Part shown: positions 60,794 through 64,000 of the stretch, in pieces | Layout: each line of letters opens with the position of its first letter | How positions within the stretch are numbered: position 1 is the first letter of the stretch | NCBI GenBank assembly: GCA_943788825.1 | Contig: CALSRT010000009.1 | Location: 61,743 to 125,742 of the forward strand | Reading direction: 5' to 3' | Length of the DNA: 64,000 nt | Source of the DNA: an uncultured Pseudomonadales bacterium | GTDB lineage: Bacteria > Pseudomonadota > Gammaproteobacteria > Pseudomonadales > Azotimanducaceae | Position numbers and translations under genes: made by a program | Notes under the pieces: model-generated | What the model saw: only the letters and a program-made list of their open reading frames with translations | Told to the model about the DNA's origin: nothing | The model's database searches: none

Positions 60794-63153
60794 TGTCTTC
60801 TCGGTTTCTGTTGAATATGGGTAACTTTCGTCTAATTACGTCAGGGCTGTTCTTCCTGACAACGGTGCTGGCAGCGTCTTCGGTATTCGCGTTTACTATT
60901 TCTGATATACGCATCGAGGGTCTTCAGCGGATGTCGGCAGGGAGTGTGTTTGCCGAAATTCCTTATAACGTTGGTGATGAGATAGATGATACCGAGTTGA
61001 GGCAGATCGTCAAAGGCGTATTCAAGACGGGGTCCTTCAGCGATGTTCAGGTAGGACGAGATGGCGATGTTCTGGTGGTGGTTGTGGAGGAAAGACCTGC
61101 TATCGACTCCATTGAGATTGATGGTAATAAGGCGATTAAGACTGAAGCCCTGCTTGAGGGTTTGGAAAAATCCGGATTGTCGCAAGGCGAAATTTTCAAG
61201 AAAGTCACACTAGAGCATATTCGTACTGACCTTGAGCGACAGTACGTTTCTCAGGGACGTTATGGCGCGAGCATTGAGACTGAGGTTGAGGAATTGCCGC
61301 GTAATCGCGTCACGCTGAAAATCAATGTGACCGAAGGCGATGTCTCGGGCATTCACCATATGAATATTGTCGGCAACAAGGTCTTCGATAACAAAACGTT
61401 GTTGGAAATTTTGGAATTGAAACTGCCGACGATATTGTCGTTTTATACCAAAGATGACCAATACTCGAAAGAGAAGCTGACAGGTGATCTTGAAAAGCTC
61501 GAGTCTTATTACCTCGATCGGGGCTACCTTAACTTTGTTATTGATTCTACCCAGGTTTCGATCTCACCCAATCGTGAAGATGTCTACATCACGATTAATG
61601 TTATCGAAGGTGAGAAGTTTATTGTTCGAGATGTTGATATCGCCGGGGAGTTACATGATGTGCCAGAATCGGCTATTCGATCGCTGCTGAGTGTCTACCC
61701 AGGGCAGGTGTTCTCTCGACAGTTAATCACGGACTCGGAAGAGCGGATCGAAGCTGCTCTCGGTAACTCGGGCTATACTTTTGCCAGTGCGACTGGCCAA
61801 CCGGTGCCCACAGAGGCAGGCGATGAAGTCACAGTCAAATTTTTTATTGATGCGGGCCGACGAGCCTATGTGCGGCGAATCAACTTTCGAGGTAATACGC
61901 TAACCCAGGACAAGGTGCTGCGTCGAGAAATGCGCCAGATGGAAGGCGGTTGGGCCTCAACGGCTGCTATCGAACGCTCGAAGCTGCGTCTCGAACGGTT
62001 GGGGTTCTTTAAAGAGATCAACGTTGAAACCCCAGCGGTACCGGGTGTGGATGATCAGATCGACGTGGATTATACCGTTGAAGAGCAGCCTACGGGCTCA
62101 ATCTCCGCAACCCTAGGCTACGCTGAGGCTGCCGGCCTGATTCTGGGTGCCAGTTACCAGCAGAATAACGTATTCGGTACGGGTAACAGTGTTAATCTGG
62201 GCGTAAACTACAGTGCTTTCCAGACATCGTACAACCTCTCCTACTTTGATCCTTACTATACGGTGGACGGCGTCAGTCGTGGTTACTCGGTGTTTTTTCG
62301 CAGCACTAGCTTTGATGAGCGTAATATCGCCCGATTCTCAACAGACGCCTATGGCGGTTCCGTTAACTTCGGCTATCCCATTAGCGAAGTCGCTAGAATT
62401 GGCTTCAATGTAGGCTATGAAAGTACCAACATCAAAGAGGGGATTTATCCGGCTCAGGAAATTTCTCAGTTCCTGTCCTCTGAAGGCAACAAGTTTAACC
62501 TAGTGTCCCTGTCGGCAACTTATAGTATGTCGGCCTTGAATCGTGGTCTGCTGCCAACGGCCGGCAAGTCGCAATCGCTGTCCTACGAGATGACTGTGCC
62601 CGGCAGTCAGTTAGAATTTTTCCGGGTAAATTATGAAGGGCAGATATTTTACCCGTTACCTAGTGTCTTCACTCTTCGATTGAAGACAACGCTGGGATAT
62701 GGGGAGGGTTACGGTAAGACTAACTCGTTCCCATTTTATAAGAATTTTTATGCGGGCGGTTTTGGTTCTGTTCGTGGTTACGAGGCAAACACGCTTGGGC
62801 CGCGTTCGACACCTTCGCCGAACTCGACATTTATACGCCCGGAACCTATTGGCGGTAATATCCTTATCAGTGGCACGGCTGAAGTGTTATTTCCGCTGCC
62901 GTTCGTCAAAGATCAACGTCAGCTGAAGTCGGCCTTGTTCGTCGATGCAGGTAACGTTTTCAATTCGAATTGCCCGCCGGTCAGTCAAATCTGTCGAGAT
63001 GTCAGTGATGGTGAATTACGCTACTCTGCCGGTCTCGCTGTGACCTGGGTGACGGGCTTTGCACCCATCAGTATTAGTATCAGCACGCCGTTTAACCGCA
63101 AACCCGGGGATGAAGGTGAGTCATTCCAATTTGAGTTGGGTCGAACGTTCTAG
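60793..63153 (+). CDS. bamA: outer membrane protein assembly factor BamA
   Basis: Signal peptide, five POTRA-like repeats (ISDIRIEGLQR...) and a C-terminal Omp85 barrel ending in F. TAATG overlap with the rseP stop. Confidence 0.95.
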   Translation: MSSRFLLNMGNFRLITSGLFFLTTVLAASSVFAFTISDIRIEGLQRMSAGSVFAEIPYNVGDEIDDTELRQIVKGVFKTGSFSDVQVGRDGDVLVVVVEERPAIDSIEIDGNKAIKTEALLEGLEKSGLSQGEIFKKVTLEHIRTDLERQYVSQGRYGASIETEVEELPRNRVTLKINVTEGDVSGIHHMNIVGNKVFDNKTLLEILELKLPTILSFYTKDDQYSKEKLTGDLEKLESYYLDRGYLNFVIDSTQVSISPNREDVYITINVIEGEKFIVRDVDIAGELHDVPESAIRSLLSVYPGQVFSRQLITDSEERIEAALGNSGYTFASATGQPVPTEAGDEVTVKFFIDAGRRAYVRRINFRGNTLTQDKVLRREMRQMEGGWASTAAIERSKLRLERLGFFKEINVETPAVPGVDDQIDVDYTVEEQPTGSISATLGYAEAAGLILGASYQQNNVFGTGNSVNLGVNYSAFQTSYNLSYFDPYYTVDGVSRGYSVFFRSTSFDERNIARFSTDAYGGSVNFGYPISEVARIGFNVGYESTNIKEGIYPAQEISQFLSSEGNKFNLVSLSATYSMSALNRGLLPTAGKSQSLSYEMTVPGSQLEFFRVNYEGQIFYPLPSVFTLRLKTTLGYGEGYGKTNSFPFYKNFYAGGFGSVRGYEANTLGPRSTPSPNSTFIRPEPIGGNILISGTAEVLFPLPFVKDQRQLKSALFVDAGNVFNSNCPPVSQICRDVSDGELRYSAGLAVTWVTGFAPISISISTPFNRKPGDEGESFQFELGRTF

Positions 63154-63242
63154 AGTTCATCACGACTGGTGTGTGGTTTGGAATGAAAGGTGGGTATCGC
63201 TAGCGGTAAATGTTTAGGCTGGTAGTCTGGAGTGCTCTAATC

Positions 63243-63269
63243 GAACTTTTCATGAAAAGACGGATCAGA
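63243..63269 (+). promoter_or_regulatory. sigma-E-type promoter candidate upstream of skp
   Basis: GAACTT (63243-63248), 16-nt spacer, TCAGA (63265-63269). It overlaps the 14-bp palindrome CTTTTCATGAAAAG. skp-lpxD is part of the sigma-E regulon in E. coli. Confidence 0.5.
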
Positions 63270-63404
63270 CTGATGACTATTGTTTGCGCAATCGGTCATT
63301 GAATCAATTTGGCGAATGTGTAAACATCCGCTCGGTGAGAAGCCGTTCATGACAGTAACCGAGATCAGCCGTATTACTGAGCTCGTAGCGACGATACAAT
63401 AGTT

Positions 63405-63458
63405 GCAACAATTTCCGCGACAATTTCGCAACAACTTGCAGCAACAATGCCGCAAACA
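63405..63458. repeat. five phased GC(A/G)ACAA-like motifs in the skp leader
   Basis: GCAACAA 63405, GCGACAA 63417, GCAACAA 63428, GCAACAA 63441, GCAAACA 63452. Spacings are 12, 11, 13 and 11 nt. Confidence 0.5.
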
Positions 63459-63470
63459 AGGAGAACACTA

Positions 63471-64000
63471 GTGCAGATCAAACAACGTATTATGGCAACT
63501 ATTCTGACTGCTACGGCTGCAGTTTTCGGATTCGCCGCGCCCAACGTCTTCGCTGAAGTTAAAATTGCTGTTGTTGACGTTCAGGCAGCTATCCTGAACT
63601 CAGAGGAAGCCAAGCGTCTGATGGCTCAGATTCAGGAAGAGTTCAAGGCCGAAGAAGAGCAAATTCGATCAATTCAATCTGAAGCTGCTGTATTGTATGA
63701 ACGTTTGCAGAAAGATGGCGAAGTCATGAGTGAAGCGGAAAAGCGCAAAGTCCAGCAGCAAATCGAATCAAAGAACAATGACTTTGTTTACAATCGGAAG
63801 AAACTTCAGAGCCTGATCGAGCAACGGCAGCAAGAGTTGTTTGCGGGTGTCGACGCTAAAGTTCAAAGAGCGATTGAAGACCTGGTGAAAACTGAGGACT
63901 TTGATTTGATCTTGCCACGACAAGCAGCACTTTATGCAGGTGAGCTTTATAATATCACTCGCAAAGTCACTGAAAGACTCAATGAATTAGGCGCGAAGAA
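63471..64000 (+). CDS. skp: periplasmic chaperone Skp (OmpH), 3' end cut by window edge
   Basis: Not in the ORF track because no stop is reached. GTG 63471 lies 7 nt after AAGGAG. Translation VQIKQRIMATILTATAAVFGFAAPNVFAEVKIAVVDVQAAILNSEEAKRL... shows a signal peptide plus the OmpH-type start and coiled coil. Follows bamA, the conserved position. Confidence 0.85.
   Translation, partial: MQIKQRIMATILTATAAVFGFAAPNVFAEVKIAVVDVQAAILNSEEAKRLMAQIQEEFKAEEEQIRSIQSEAAVLYERLQKDGEVMSEAEKRKVQQQIESKNNDFVYNRKKLQSLIEQRQQELFAGVDAKVQRAIEDLVKTEDFDLILPRQAALYAGELYNITRKVTERLNELGAK

Noticed and set aside
63237-63455. 72-aa Cys-rich minus-strand ORF in the bamA-skp spacer
   Set aside because: The Cys/Asn-rich translation is the reverse reading of the GCAACAA repeat array (TTGTTGC). 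It has a TTG start, no SD, and runs antisense to the skp leader.

Overview
This window is a chromosomal core segment of a gammaproteobacterium. Gene order follows a Pseudomonas/Cellvibrionales-like backbone at roughly 50% GC, and the exact taxon cannot be determined from the window. I count about 60 protein genes. I saw no rRNA, tRNA, CRISPR array, transposase, integrase or phage genes.

Modules from left to right:
1. A small catabolic patch: two adjacent acyl-CoA dehydrogenases, an FKBP lipoprotein, a luciferase-like monooxygenase, a LysR regulator, an SDR and a GNAT.
2. The valine-catabolism operon mmsA-acd-ech-hibch-mmsB, with the 3-hydroxyisobutyryl-CoA hydrolase split by a frameshift.
3. 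ygfZ, sdhE-ygfX and nadB.
4. The envelope-stress operon rpoE-rseA-rseB-rseC-degP(mucD).
5. lepA-lepB-DUF4845-rnc-era-recO-acpS, with recO frameshifted.
6. A hybrid phosphorelay protein in the GacS/BarA position, divergent from cysM-rlmD-relA, followed by adk.
7. A Lys/Ala-repeat histone-H1-like protein, mobA, an XPD-family helicase, tsaB and rsmJ.
8. The minus-strand block map-glnD-dapC-dapD-dapE-orf-gspN-gspC-gspD-plsB.
9. rpsB-tsf-pyrH-frr-cdsA-dxr-rseP-bamA-skp, with uppS absent from its usual slot.

I do not see a convincing novel multi-gene system such as a defence island, toxin cassette or mobile element. The unusual points are:
- The GacS-position protein appears to lack the phospho-accepting His and the ATP-binding motifs, while its receiver and HPt modules look intact.
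- An uncharacterised 124-aa ORF is translationally coupled between dapE and an isolated gspN-gspC-gspD subcluster.
- Short tandem repeats (10-17 bp units) are unusually dense at or just after gene 3' ends. Several duplicate the stop codon, and two arrays have near-identical units.
- Two +1 frameshifts interrupt otherwise conserved genes.
- Sigma-E-type promoter matches lie upstream of rpoE and skp.

All calls come from reading the translations and the sequence; no database search was run.
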